Assembly: GCA_964552045.1 (NCBI GenBank) | Contig: CAZKFF010000001.1 | Location: 120 to 64,119 of the forward strand | Direction: 5' to 3' | Origin: an uncultured Candidatus Saccharibacteria bacterium | Lineage (GTDB): Bacteria; Patescibacteriota; Minisyncoccia; Phycocordibacterales; UBA918 | DNA length: 64,000 nt | Part shown: positions 47,154-58,500 of the stretch, in pieces | Position numbering within the stretch: the stretch's first letter is position 1 | How the letters are laid out: every line of letters starts with the position of its first letter | Notes under the pieces: model-generated | What the model was told of the DNA's origin: nothing | Seen by the model: only the letters and a program-made list of their open reading frames with translations | Databases searched by the model: none | Made by a program: the position numbers and the translations under genes

Positions 47154-50148
47154 ATTGCCTGCGCTGCAAGAGCGCGGCATATGTACAGTAGTCACAGACC
47201 TTCTCATCGCAGGGGATTGCAAGAAATTCACCATGTATGATCTCTGTTGTAACGCGCAGGATCTCCTCACGCAATGCCTGTATATCTTCGTCAGTTATCT
47301 CGAACACCTCTTCGTGGATCACTCCCTTTGCATCTGGTTCTATGAATGAGAGCACACCGGTTCTGCATGCGTAGCGCTCGTCGCCGTACAGCGAAAGCAG
47401 GAGTGCGTAAAAAGTGAGCTGACGTTTGTATTCCCCGTTGCCTGCCTGGGTCTTCCCTTCAATGGCATTGCGGGTCTTTGGTTTGCCGGTCTTATAATCC
47501 ACCACACGCAGTACTCTTCCCTGCGCATCGATATCCAGCCGGTCGAGCGTGCCGGTGAGCGTAAGCTCGGGAAATGCAGCGATACCCGTCTGCAAAACAA
47601 CGCTGATGGAAAATTCCTCTTTGACTGTTTCGGGAAGAGACGAATACATTGCGCCGATATACGGAAAGAGGCTCCGCATGCCTTTTTCGTGGAGCTGCGC
47701 ATACTCTTCCTGTGAGAGGGGCAATTTCGACAGTGCGGACTCAAGCCACTGCTTGATGTACGGGTCGCCGGGAAGCTCCCCATGCTTTGTATGATGCGCG
47801 GTTACTTTCTGCATAACCCCATGGATCACCGTTCCAAATAGCAGTGGCATTGCACGCACCTCAGGAATACGCAGTACATTCCGGTACAGATAGTTCCAGG
47901 GGCTTTGCAGATAATTGTTCAGTGCTGTAGCAGAAAGTCCCCGTTCCCGCAGCATGTAGGCAAGAAACGCTGCATCGATCTCAGCTGCAGCCGGAACAGT
48001 GCAAAGCGACGCCACAGGATCGAATGCGTCCTCAGCAGCTTCAGTGTTCAAAACCGTCACCTGTTTTGGAGCGATCTCACCCAGCAGCCGTGAGGCGATG
48101 AGCGATTTGCCGTCGCTGTTTTTTTGCGCATGCGAAAGGGTAAGCGTCTCTTTAGCACGCGTCATCGCCACAAACAAGAGCCGGCGCTCATCGTCATACT
48201 GATCGAACATATCCGCATCAATGTGACGGGTCAGTGGTACATCGAAATTGTTCCGGTGCGCTGAGCCGCCCCAGTTGGCATCGTGGAGATGCGGAACAAA
48301 CACATGCGCGAATTCGAGCCCTTTTGATTTATGTGCCGTAAGAACCTGCACTGCATGCGTATGCAATGCAAGGTAGGGAGCATTGAGAGGAAGTCTGTAC
48401 TGCATGTATGCGCAGAGCGAATCATACACATCTTTCAGTGTAGTCGTCTGCTTCTGCAGCGAGAGTATATCGAACTCATCATAGAGACGGCGTATGACCT
48501 TCCCATTCTCGACAGCGTCCGAAGAGAGCGCCATCTGCAGCAGCCCGCTTTCCTGCAGCAGATATTCCAATACGCGGGAAGGACTCTGCACCACTTCACG
48601 CCTGCGCGCTTCTTCGAGCACCGAGGCGATGCGCAGGAATTTTTCGGGCTCGGACACCCGTGCCTCTTCCAAAAGTTCCCGATCTGCAATGAGACTCCAG
48701 AGCGGTACAGAAAAGCTGCGTGCAGACAATACTTTCAAAAGATCATCAGGGGCGATCCCCCAGTATGCCCCATGGAGGAGCGTGAACAGCTGCCGTTCTG
48801 AATCGTGGGATACAGCAGCCCCGATGAGATTGAACACAGACGTGGTCAACGGGTGCTGCAAAATGTCCCCATCAGCAGTTGCCTCAACCGCAATGCCTCT
48901 TTTCCGCAAAAGCGACGCAAACTGCTCCACCTCTCTGTTGGTCCGTACAATGACGGCTATCTCTTCGCTGTGCACGCCCTCTGCAATATGCTTCTCGATC
49001 GCATCAGCCACCCACGTATCTTCGACAGTCTGGTGGGAGAACGACGCGTTGTATACTGCTCCCTTTGCTCCAGGTTGAGCCTGAAGCGGAATACGCAGAT
49101 CAGAAGCAGGACTCTCACCGGCAGTGATAAGACTGAAAGCAGCGTCAAGTATGGCCTGCCCTGAGCGGTAATTATGCGTCAAAGCGATGGTGGCTGTACC
49201 GGTAAAGGAATCCTCAAAGTAAAGGAAATTCTCAAGCGAAGCTCCCTGAAACCGGTAGATCGCCTGTTTTTCATCCCCCACTACGAACACATTCGGACTG
49301 GCGTGGTAAGAACTGAGCAGTTCGAGAATACGATTCTGGCTGCCGTTCACATCCTGGTGCTCATCCGCAAGGATGTACTGGTACTGTTCCTGTAGATCCA
49401 AAAGCATATCTTCATGCTGCTGCAGCGAGCGGATACTCTCAACGATCATATCTTCGAAATCAAAGAGACGGCGTTCCTGCAGTAGCGCTTCATATGCCCG
49501 ATAGACCAGAAGCAATTCCTTATTCTTTGCAATGCTCTTCTCCTTCTTCTGATAGTCGCCACGGACCTTTCCCTTATGCGGACCTTTGGTATGCATCTTT
49601 TCCATACCCAAAAGGACATGCTCCTGTGCGCCGATGATCGACGCCAAACCGTCTGGGTCGACGTTCTCCTGCTTCAGTGCGGAGAGTATCCGCAGTAGCG
49701 CAGTGACATAATAGGAAGGATCACCGAGCGGGCGGAGCAGACGAAATCCGTCCGATTGCAAGATGTGCTCAATAATATCTATCTTCTCAAGCTCGCTTGC
49801 CGGACGGCCGCCGATAATGCGCGCATATGCATCGGGATAGTCAGTTATAAGCTGCTGACAGAAGCCGTGGAATGTGGCGATCCTTACCCGGTAGGCCTGT
49901 GCCCCTGCGTATTTTGCGAGACGCTCGCGCATAGCCGACGCGCCTGACTCCGTGAATGTAAGCGCGAGGATATTTTCCGGCTGTATATCCGTCTCCATCA
50001 GTATCTTGGCTATGCGGAGCGTCAGTATCTGGGTCTTCCCGGTACCAGGACCGGCAATGACCATGACCGGCCCTTCTATTGTATCCACCGCCTTTTTTTG
50101 CTCAGCATTGAGCTTCCCGTAGGCTTCGTTGAATGCCGTTTCGTGCAT
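47152..50148 (-). CDS. UvrD/PcrA-family SF1 helicase fused to a C-terminal RecB/Cas4-like PD-(D/E)xK nuclease with a Cys cluster (AddA-like)
   Basis: Walker A AGPGTGKT and UvrD motifs. C-terminal GTLDRLDID...VVDYKTGK (RecB motifs II-III) plus C...CDEKVCDYC. Confidence 0.8.
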   Translation of the reverse strand: MHETAFNEAYGKLNAEQKKAVDTIEGPVMVIAGPGTGKTQILTLRIAKILMETDIQPENILALTFTESGASAMRERLAKYAGAQAYRVRIATFHGFCQQLITDYPDAYARIIGGRPASELEKIDIIEHILQSDGFRLLRPLGDPSYYVTALLRILSALKQENVDPDGLASIIGAQEHVLLGMEKMHTKGPHKGKVRGDYQKKEKSIAKNKELLLVYRAYEALLQERRLFDFEDMIVESIRSLQQHEDMLLDLQEQYQYILADEHQDVNGSQNRILELLSSYHASPNVFVVGDEKQAIYRFQGASLENFLYFEDSFTGTATIALTHNYRSGQAILDAAFSLITAGESPASDLRIPLQAQPGAKGAVYNASFSHQTVEDTWVADAIEKHIAEGVHSEEIAVIVRTNREVEQFASLLRKRGIAVEATADGDILQHPLTTSVFNLIGAAVSHDSERQLFTLLHGAYWGIAPDDLLKVLSARSFSVPLWSLIADRELLEEARVSEPEKFLRIASVLEEARRREVVQSPSRVLEYLLQESGLLQMALSSDAVENGKVIRRLYDEFDILSLQKQTTTLKDVYDSLCAYMQYRLPLNAPYLALHTHAVQVLTAHKSKGLEFAHVFVPHLHDANWGGSAHRNNFDVPLTRHIDADMFDQYDDERRLLFVAMTRAKETLTLSHAQKNSDGKSLIASRLLGEIAPKQVTVLNTEAAEDAFDPVASLCTVPAAAEIDAAFLAYMLRERGLSATALNNYLQSPWNYLYRNVLRIPEVRAMPLLFGTVIHGVMQKVTAHHTKHGELPGDPYIKQWLESALSKLPLSQEEYAQLHEKGMRSLFPYIGAMYSSLPETVKEEFSISVVLQTGIAAFPELTLTGTLDRLDIDAQGRVLRVVDYKTGKPKTRNAIEGKTQAGNGEYKRQLTFYALLLSLYGDERYACRTGVLSFIEPDAKGVIHEEVFEITDEDIQALREEILRVTTEIIHGEFLAIPCDEKVCDYCTYAALLQRRQ

Positions 50149-50211
50149 GAGACTTATTATAGACCAAAAAGAAAAGGCCCGCCGAGGCGGACCCTTTGGT
50201 TTTGTTGTACG

Positions 50212-51303
50212 TTAGTCGAGCAATTCGAGTTTGCGCGTATCAGCGCTTACCACGCCTGCTATCGTACGGATATGCGGCATAAGCTCCGGCACACCCTCCT
50301 GGAGCGCCTGAAGCGACTGGTCGAGCATGTAGCGCACCTTCTCCTTCTTGAGCGCTGCTCCGAAGGCGCCTTCTTCGTGACGATGAAGCGCCGCGATCAA
50401 GAGCAGGACGCCAGGCTCCTTTGGGATCCGCCCAGCGTTCAGGTTGCCCTGGACGATGGACCCGGCGACCCTGACATTGTCAGGCCACGCCAGCGAATAC
50501 GGACCGATGATGAGCGCCGTATTCGGCATGTGCAGCCAGTCGAAGCCGCGCCCGACAGCGATCACCTGCTCACGGTGCTCAAAGTCCATAGGCTTCTTAC
50601 CGGAGTTCCGAACCTTCTGTACATGCCGGATGTTTCCCTCAACGAGCGGGATGAGGTCCATCAGCATGCGAGTGCTCATGTTCGGATACAACTCGTCGAG
50701 CAAAACCCGGATATCAATGTCCGTTATGGAGCTGTCGAGCTCAGCCACGCGCAGCTCTTTTCCGCCTTCGCCGTGGAAGATGAGCGATTCCTCGTCGGTC
50801 TCGATACCGATAGCGATCGCATATGCAGCTGGACCTTTGATGTCGGCACTACCCACAGCACGATTGAACTGCTCCTGCAGCTTGAACGCCTCGGCTTGTG
50901 CAGCGTCTGTATCGTACTCGAATCCGGCGCAGCCGCGATGATGATCCCCTTTCGAGAAATGATAGGAGCTCATCACCAGGACTTCACGCCCTTTGGCGAT
51001 CGGAAAGTTCACACCGTCCCGAATGAGTTCCTGGAAAAAGGGCCATCCATAGTCGAATTTGCCGCCGATGTTCCGGAACGGCTGCAGAATGCCCGGCGGG
51101 GTTTCCGTGTACAGGGAAATGTTAAGCCGACCATCCATGCACTTCAGGACGAGAATCTCTGTCGGATGCTGTGCACGGTACAGGCGACGTTTCAGTTGTG
51201 CATCAGGATTGACGAATGCTGCGCTCTGCGCCTCATTGCGGTCCATAATGAACTTGACAATATCCCCCTCAATGACTCTATTGTTGTAGTTTTCCATAAA
51301 CAT
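50212..51303 (-). CDS. hypothetical protein with beta-carbonic-anhydrase-like metal-binding motifs
   Basis: KCMDGR (CxDxR) and HHRGCAG (HxxC) at a beta-CA-like spacing. Long divergent C-terminal region. Confidence 0.35.
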   Translation of the reverse strand: MFMENYNNRVIEGDIVKFIMDRNEAQSAAFVNPDAQLKRRLYRAQHPTEILVLKCMDGRLNISLYTETPPGILQPFRNIGGKFDYGWPFFQELIRDGVNFPIAKGREVLVMSSYHFSKGDHHRGCAGFEYDTDAAQAEAFKLQEQFNRAVGSADIKGPAAYAIAIGIETDEESLIFHGEGGKELRVAELDSSITDIDIRVLLDELYPNMSTRMLMDLIPLVEGNIRHVQKVRNSGKKPMDFEHREQVIAVGRGFDWLHMPNTALIIGPYSLAWPDNVRVAGSIVQGNLNAGRIPKEPGVLLLIAALHRHEEGAFGAALKKEKVRYMLDQSLQALQEGVPELMPHIRTIAGVVSADTRKLELLD

Positions 51304-51444
51304 GCTGGCTCTCCCTTGGATTAAGAACTGATAGCAATCGAGGATGATATACCTATTTTAGCCAGGGCACAAGCATTGAGTGTGGGTACCCAGAAAATAA
51401 CCTGGACGCAAAAAATGCGCCGCAAACCCGGCGTTTTTCATCTG

Positions 51445-52224
51445 CTACGCCGCATCATCAAGGTAGAGTTCGTACACGGTAGCCACAAACAACGGCAGGA
51501 CCAGAGCGAGCAATAGTTCCTCAACGGGAACCACCTCCCCAAAAAGCGTAAAGGTGAAAAGGTAGTCATGTACATATGCAAAGACCTTATGCGTATTCCC
51601 TACGGCCAGTACCACGCCGCACAGAAGCGGTACCCAGGCGATAAGGCAAAATGAAAACAACTTCTCAAAGAACCGCACGGAAAGTGAACGGTGAACAGCA
51701 AGAGCAGCAATGCTCGACGCGATACATATGCCGATGATCCACAAGTAGGAATGCGTGAAAAATATCCCATGGAGGAGATAGTGGTGGAGCGCGATGAGTC
51801 CGAGTATGCCCGCAGTGAATACTCCAAAGGCAACAAAGCGCACGCGAGCGCTTGAGGTCGTATACCGGCCATCATCGAAAATGAGCTCATACAGCAGTGC
51901 AAGGAAGAGCGTCTGCAGGACCGAAGAAAGAATGATCTCTACAGGGACCAACCCGAAGATCCGCAGCTCATCAACGCCAAGGGTATACCAGATACCGTAT
52001 ATATGGGCAATGCCCTCGAGCAATAGTCCCATACCCGCACCAAAAACGATCACCGCAAACACAACTGCAGGTGGTGCGGCAGAGAACCGCGCCAAGAAAT
52101 ATGACGGCAGGCCGAACAGCACGAGTGACGTGAGCAGGAGTCCGGCTTCAAAGCTGTAGAGCGCATACGTTCCGAGCGCGTAGTATACAAGCGCGGAGAA
52201 TCCGAGAAGAACCGTTCTGTGCAT
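51445..52224 (-). CDS. polytopic membrane protein, possibly lycopene-cyclase-domain family
   Basis: Internal duplication, each half carrying a P-x-E-E/I motif (GLVPVEIIL and VVPVEELLL). Start taken at MHRTVLLGF. Confidence 0.35.
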   Translation of the reverse strand: MHRTVLLGFSALVYYALGTYALYSFEAGLLLTSLVLFGLPSYFLARFSAAPPAVVFAVIVFGAGMGLLLEGIAHIYGIWYTLGVDELRIFGLVPVEIILSSVLQTLFLALLYELIFDDGRYTTSSARVRFVAFGVFTAGILGLIALHHYLLHGIFFTHSYLWIIGICIASSIAALAVHRSLSVRFFEKLFSFCLIAWVPLLCGVVLAVGNTHKVFAYVHDYLFTFTLFGEVVPVEELLLALVLPLFVATVYELYLDDAA

Positions 52225-52391
52225 ATGGAGATATTGTAGCACCACAAAAAGAGCCGAGAACAGAGTCCTCGGCCTTTTTGTGAAGAAGCGAATACTTGCA
52301 GCTTCTGCAAGACCTTTTGTGTCAGATTCGATCCGAAGTAAGAATCTGTCCAAAAGGTGTACAGCTTCTGTAAGAAGTATAACTTTTGTTC

Positions 52392-53705
52392 TTAGTATGA
52401 TTTCAAACGTCTCGCTTTCTCGTGCTGCCGTATCTTTTCCAATGCCTTCGCTTCGATCTGACGGATACGCTCGCGGGTAACACCAAACTCTTTCCCCACT
52501 TCCTCGAGCGTATGGTACGTCCCGTCCAGCAGACCGTGACGCATCTCCAGGATTTTACGTTCCTTTTCCGAAAGCGAATCGAGGATCTCCTGGATCTGAT
52601 CAGTAAGAATGCTGTGTGCGACTTCCTGGTCAGGCGAAGTTATCTTGTCGTCAGCGATGAAGTCAGAGAGTCGTGAGCGGTCATCATCATCACCGATCGG
52701 CAGCTCAAGTGAAATGGTGTCCTGACTGATCTTCTCGATCTGATAGATCTTATCGACTTCAACCCCCATTTCAGTTGCGATCTCTTCTGGCATCGGATCG
52801 CGTCCGAGGTCCTGCGAGAGCCGGCGTGATACCTGCTTGTATTTCGCCATAGTCTCGACCATGTGTACCGGAATGCGGATGGTCCGCGACTGGTCAGCGA
52901 GTGCACGGGTGATCGCCTGACGGATCCACCAAGTAGCGTACGTCGAGAATTTGAATCCCTTGGTATGGTCAAACTTATCAACTGCCTTGAAGAGACCGAG
53001 ATTTCCCTCTTGGATGAGGTCGAGCAGCGTAAGGTCCGGTGAGCGACCTACATATTTCTTCGCGATAGAGACTACCAGACGCAGGTTTGCGCGCGCAAGC
53101 AAATTGCGCGCTTCTTCGTCGCCCTCGACAATGCGCTTGGCAAGCGTACGCTCTTCAAGCGCGGTCAAAAGCGGATACTGTCCGATCTCTCGCAGATACA
53201 TCTGAATGGAGTCATAGCCGCTTTCATTGCGTTTGTATGAATTCTTGCGTTCGAGCAGCTCCACGCTGGGATCTTCTCCGAGCATGCCGCCGCTTTGCAG
53301 AACATCAATGCCGGCAACACCAAAACGCTCGTACATTTCGTCGAGGAACGGAACATCCTTTTCTATCTGCGGGAAATACTTCAGGATCTCGTCGAACGTG
53401 ACGTAGCCGCGCTCTCTGCCCAGACGCATCAATTCTCCGGCCTTTGCCTCAAGTATCTTTTGGTTCTTGCTTAATTTCAGCGGCACGCTCTTTTTCGCCG
53501 GGGCTTTCTTTGTTGCAGCTTTCTTTGCGGGTGCCTTCTTCGCAGGTTTCTTTAGAGCAGTCTTCTTCGCACTTTTCTTTGGCTTTATGTTTTTGGCTTT
53601 TGCAGGGGTTTTTACTGCTTTCTTAGCCACTTTTTTTGTTGCCTTTTTAACGACTTTTTTGGTCGCTTTTTTCGTTGTTTTTTTGGTTGCCTTTTTTGCA
53701 GCCAT
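52392..53705 (-). CDS. rpoD: RNA polymerase primary sigma factor (sigma-70/RpoD) with a Lys/Ala-rich histone-H1-like N-terminal extension
   Basis: Region 2 [18 protein letters not shown]...[14 protein letters not shown] and region 4 [23 protein letters not shown]. The N-terminal about 75 aa are AKKA/TKKA repeats. Confidence 0.9.
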   Translation of the reverse strand: MAAKKATKKTTKKATKKVVKKATKKVAKKAVKTPAKAKNIKPKKSAKKTALKKPAKKAPAKKAATKKAPAKKSVPLKLSKNQKILEAKAGELMRLGRERGYVTFDEILKYFPQIEKDVPFLDEMYERFGVAGIDVLQSGGMLGEDPSVELLERKNSYKRNESGYDSIQMYLREIGQYPLLTALEERTLAKRIVEGDEEARNLLARANLRLVVSIAKKYVGRSPDLTLLDLIQEGNLGLFKAVDKFDHTKGFKFSTYATWWIRQAITRALADQSRTIRIPVHMVETMAKYKQVSRRLSQDLGRDPMPEEIATEMGVEVDKIYQIEKISQDTISLELPIGDDDDRSRLSDFIADDKITSPDQEVAHSILTDQIQEILDSLSEKERKILEMRHGLLDGTYHTLEEVGKEFGVTRERIRQIEAKALEKIRQHEKARRLKSY

Positions 53706-53739
53706 AATGGGACAACTATACAGTAAATCTTTAAAAAAT

Positions 53740-55500
53740 CTAGTCCCCTAGAAAATGCTGAACGCCGAATATTCTGGAAGAGAGTGTCCGCTGCACCTCT
53801 GATATTTCAGACAGACAGCGGGCAACGTGCTTCTCATCCTCGACCATTTCTGCCTGTTTGAGCTCCTCCTTGAGGTCCTGAACCTTCTGCCGTGCCACAT
53901 GCCGGGAGAGCTCATTGAGTTTGTCGCTTATTTCTTCTGAGAGCTGTTTGGCCGATACCGAACCAACATATGATTCAATAGTGAATGAGATCGGACTGAC
54001 CTCTTCCGGCTGCAGGGCATAGTTCTCAATACCGATCTTCTCGCCGGTAACATCAAAAAATGCATCCGCAAGCCTTTCCTTGCGTTGGCCTGCCAATACC
54101 GTATGCAGCACCACGAGATATTTTTTCAATTCTTCACTGCGCCCCTGCGCCTCTTTCGGACCGGATGTCTCTCCGGCTACCTTCGTCTCCGGCACGTGGA
54201 CGCCTAACGGTTTCTCCGACTGTTCGGTCAGCCGTTCCACCTCGTACTGTATCGCATCCTTGCTTGTTCCCGTGCGTTCTGCGATCACTCCCTCGAAATG
54301 ATCCTGGTCCATTTTATTGGCGATCTTCGCAACGAAAGGCAGTACTTCTTCGCGCACGCGGAGCTTATAGCTGCGTTCATTCTTCTTTTCGGTTTCGAGC
54401 ACATCAAGCAGATACTCGACCACCGGTTTCGCCCCACCGACGATCTTGCGGAACTTTGCTATATCCTCACGCACCATATCAGCAGGGTCTTTGCCGCCGA
54501 TCATATTGGCAACCTTGATGTCGATGCCGCGCGGCAGCATGATGTCGGCGGCCCGCTTTACTGCAGCTACCCCTGCCCTATCCGCATCGAGCGCGAGCAC
54601 AACCCGGTTGGAAAGACGCTGGAGGAGCATGACGTGGTGCGGCGTTAAAGCTGTACCGGAGACAGCCACAGCGTTGGTGTAGCCTGCCTGATGCGAAAGT
54701 ACAACATCGAATTGACCCTCAACAACGAGCGAGAAATCAAGGTGACGAATACCCTGTTTGGCCTTGTCGTAGCCAAAAAGTATCTCTGATTTATTGAACA
54801 GTTCCGTTTCGGGCGAATTGACATACTTCGGCGCTTCGCTGTCTTTGCTCAGAATACGTCCCGAGTACGCAACCACCTTTCCGTTTGCATCACAGATTGG
54901 AAACATAATCCGGTCACGGAACAGGTCATAGGGTTCCTTCCCCGCGTCTGCTCCTTTGATCAGGCCAACTTTCAGAAGCTCCTGTCTGGTAAAGCCCTTG
55001 CGTTCCATATGCTCTTTAAGTTCTCTCCAGCCGTGCTGCGGAGGACCTGGCGCATATCCAATGCGCCATTTCGCAATGGTTTCTGCAGACACTCCTCTGT
55101 TAGTAAGGTACTGCAGGACTTCAGGATTCTTTTCGCGGCATTCCTCAAAGAAACGGGTCGCTTCTTCAAGCGCATCGAACAGACGTTCGCGCTGCGATCT
55201 TTTCTGCGGATCCTCCGGGGTGAGCTCGATCCCTGCCTTTGCCGCAAGAATGCGGAGCGCCTCCTTGAAATCAACCCCCTCCATCTTCTGTATGAAGGTG
55301 AAAATATCCCCGCCTTGGCTTGAGGAAAAGCAGTAGTACATACCTCTATCGGGCGAGACATAGAACGACGGTGTGCGTTCATTGGTGAACGGAGACTTTC
55401 CCTTGAAGTTCTTCCCCGCCTGATGAAGCTCAACATACGGAGACACGACGTCGACAATAGACAATCGTTCCTTGATACGTTCAACTGAGTCAGACGCCAT
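53740..55500 (-). CDS. dnaG: DNA primase
   Basis: TOPRIM domain [16 protein letters not shown] and an N-terminal zinc-binding-domain homolog. Lies upstream of rpoD (macromolecular-synthesis operon). Confidence 0.85.
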   Translation of the reverse strand: MASDSVERIKERLSIVDVVSPYVELHQAGKNFKGKSPFTNERTPSFYVSPDRGMYYCFSSSQGGDIFTFIQKMEGVDFKEALRILAAKAGIELTPEDPQKRSQRERLFDALEEATRFFEECREKNPEVLQYLTNRGVSAETIAKWRIGYAPGPPQHGWRELKEHMERKGFTRQELLKVGLIKGADAGKEPYDLFRDRIMFPICDANGKVVAYSGRILSKDSEAPKYVNSPETELFNKSEILFGYDKAKQGIRHLDFSLVVEGQFDVVLSHQAGYTNAVAVSGTALTPHHVMLLQRLSNRVVLALDADRAGVAAVKRAADIMLPRGIDIKVANMIGGKDPADMVREDIAKFRKIVGGAKPVVEYLLDVLETEKKNERSYKLRVREEVLPFVAKIANKMDQDHFEGVIAERTGTSKDAIQYEVERLTEQSEKPLGVHVPETKVAGETSGPKEAQGRSEELKKYLVVLHTVLAGQRKERLADAFFDVTGEKIGIENYALQPEEVSPISFTIESYVGSVSAKQLSEEISDKLNELSRHVARQKVQDLKEELKQAEMVEDEKHVARCLSEISEVQRTLSSRIFGVQHFLGD

Positions 55501-55529
55501 AGTACGGCTATTTTACACCAAAAACACAT

Positions 55530-55565
55530 AAACAGCCCGGAGTGAGTACCGGGCTGTTTAGGGTG
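55530..55565 (-). terminator. rho-independent terminator downstream of rpoC (aacagcccgg-...-ccgggctgtt, T-run on the minus strand)
   Basis: About 10-bp perfect stem. The minus-strand reading continues tatgtgtttttgg. Confidence 0.6.
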
Positions 55566-55582
55566 CCTTTTGGGCTTATATT

Positions 55583-58500
55583 CTATCCCTCTTTCTGGAC
55601 ATCTTCGATCATCTGGGATTTCTGTGATCCCTTGAAACCGGTACCGGCAGGGATAAGCTTTCCGATGATCACATTCTCCATCAATCCGGCAAGATTGTCG
55701 TTGCTTCCCTTCACTGCCGCATTGATCAGAACACGGGTTGTGTTCTGGAATGACGCTGCGGAGAGGAAGCTCTTTCTTGAGAGCGAAGACTCGGTGATGC
55801 CCATGATGAGCTTGCTTGCCTTCGCCGGATCCTTTCCTTCGGCAGCCAATGCATTGTTCGCCTCAACAAAGATCCACTCCTCGACAACCTCTCCCGGAGT
55901 GAAGTGGCTGTCGCCGGAGTTGGTGATCTTTACGCGGCTCATCATCTGCTTGACGATGAGCTCAATATGCTTGCGCGCAATGGTCACACCCTGGAGCTCA
56001 TAGATCTTGTTGATCTCAGAGATGATGTATTCCTGCGTCTGTTCCTTCGTACCGTATTTGAACATGTCCGGCAGGTATGCGGAACCGTCCGTGAGGAGCT
56101 GTCCGGCTTTGACATTCTCGCCCTTGGAGACGATCACGGTTCGTCGATAATTCGCCTCGTATTCGATGATATCGCTCTTCTTCGGCGCATACTTCGAATC
56201 CTTGGCAGGAACCACCACGATGATCTTCTCTTTTCCTTCCGTGCGGATCTCGCTTACAAAACCGTCGGTCTTGGAGATGACTGCAGGGTTCTTCGGAAGA
56301 CGCTTTTCAAAGACCTCCTCTACGCGGGGCAGACCCTGCGTCACGTCTCCGCCGACTGCCGAGGTACCTCCGGCGTGCTTTGTGTTCATCGTGAGCTGTG
56401 TACCTGGTTCACCGATCGCCTGTGCAGCGACCGTACCAACAGCCTCGCCGATATCGACGAGCGCATTGGTGGTGAGGTCCACTCCGTAACACTGCTGGCA
56501 GACACCGCGCAGTGTATTGCAGGTCATAGGTGAACGGACGACAACCGACGCTGCGGTCGATCCTTCAACAGCGAGCGCGTCGCGCCGCGTGAGCATGTGA
56601 CCCTTCTTGAACAAGATGGTACCATCCTGGTCAACAACATCAGCGGCAAGCACGCGGCCTTTGATCGCCTTCGAGAATGCGATCTGAATTCCTGATGCGC
56701 TGAGGCGTCCGATAGAAACTCCTTCCTTGGTCTTGCAGTCGGCCTCAGTAACGATCGCATCCTGTGCAACGACGAAGAGACGTCGAGTAAGGTATCCTGC
56801 TTTCGCTGTCTGGAGCGCGGTGTCCGCAAGTCCCTTGCGGGAGCCGTGCGTGGTGATGAAGTACTCGATCGGACTCATACCTTCCTTCATGGAAGAAATG
56901 ACCGGAAATTCGAGCGTTTCACCGCGCGTGTTGACAATGAGTCCCTTCATACCGATCATCTGTGCGATCTGCCGCATTGATCCTCGTGCTCCTGACTTCC
57001 AGAGGTCATATGCAGAGCCATTCGGATTCATGCGGTCAGGGATGACCTCCTCGAGCGAACTCTTGGTACGGTGCCAGATCTCGATGATCATACGGCGTCG
57101 TTCGTCGCGGGACAGAAGTCCCTGCTCGAAATGCTCTATGATTGCACGCTCTTCTTCGCGTGCGTCTGCGATGATCTGCTGCTTTTCCTTGGGCACAATC
57201 ACTTCGTCAATGCCCCAAGTTGTTCCGGAAACAGTTGCATATTTGAAACCGAATTTCTTGATCTTGTTTACAACAGATGGAACCACATCAACTCCCTGAT
57301 CGTCGATAAGATCGAGTACGACCCCGAAGAGATCCCGCTGGGTCACCAGCTGGTTAATGTATGCATGATCAGACGGAAGTACGCTGTTGAATAAGAGACG
57401 TCCAACCGATGTTTCAAAGAGCTGGCCTTCAAATTGCGCATACTTTGGCGTGTTTGTTGCGAGTACCTTTATCTTTGCACGGAAGTCAACAATGCCATAG
57501 TCATACGCATTGATCGCATCGTTTGGTGAGGCGAAGAATTTGTTTTCCCCTTTCGCTCCCTCGATTATCTTCGTCATCCAGAATGAGCCGAGCGCCATAT
57601 CCATGAGCGATTCAGACACCACCGGCTCGCTTGAACCCGGCTTGAGCACGTTCTTGTTTGCTGAGATGATCTCCCGGGCTTCCATCTGCGCCTCGTCTGA
57701 AAGCGGCACATGCACTGCCATCTGGTCTCCGTCGAAGTCAGCATTGAATGCTTTACATACCAATGGATGCACCTGGATGGCGTTGCCTTCAATCAGTACC
57801 GGGCGGAATGCCTGGATACCCTGTCGGTGGAGTGTCGGCGCACGGTTAAGGAGTACATGCTTACTTGAGATCACTTCCTCAAGGATCGCCCATACTTCCG
57901 GCACGCCGTCCTCAATGAGACGCCCAGCGCCGCGGATGTTGTACGCAAGTTCCTGTCGGAGAAGCTTGGAGATCACGAACGGACGGAACAGCTCGAGCGC
58001 CATATGCTTCGGCAGACCGCACTGGTCGAGCTCGAGGTCTGGACCGATGACGATCACTGAACGGCCTGAATAGTCCACACGCTTACCAAGGAGGTTCTGA
58101 CGGAAGTATCCCTGCTTTGACTTCAGATAATCAGAAAGCGACTTCAGCGGACGGCGCTGCGCCTGGCTCATCGCTGAGTACGCGGTGTTTCCGTGGCGGA
58201 TCGAGTTGTCGATAAGCGCGTCAACCGCTTCCTGGAGGATACGCTTCTCGTTTCGGAGAATAACGTCAGGCGCCATGATGTCAATGAGTTTCTTGAGGCG
58301 ATTGTTTCGGTTGATCACCCGGCGGTAAAGATCGTTGAGGTCTGATGACGCATGGCGTCCTCCTTCAAGCGCGACCATAGGACGCAATGCTGGCGGGATG
58401 ACCGGAATACGGTTGAGGAACATCCATTCAGGACGAACGCCTGAGTGGATCATGCCGCGTATGAGATTGAGCCGCTTATCGAGCTTTGCCCGGTCAGCGA

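Noticed and set aside
50098-51324. 408-aa + strand ORF overlapping the minus-strand 363-aa ORF
   Set aside because: No motifs. It is antisense to an ORF that carries zinc-site-like motifs, and all neighbouring genes are on the minus strand. Likely a shadow ORF.
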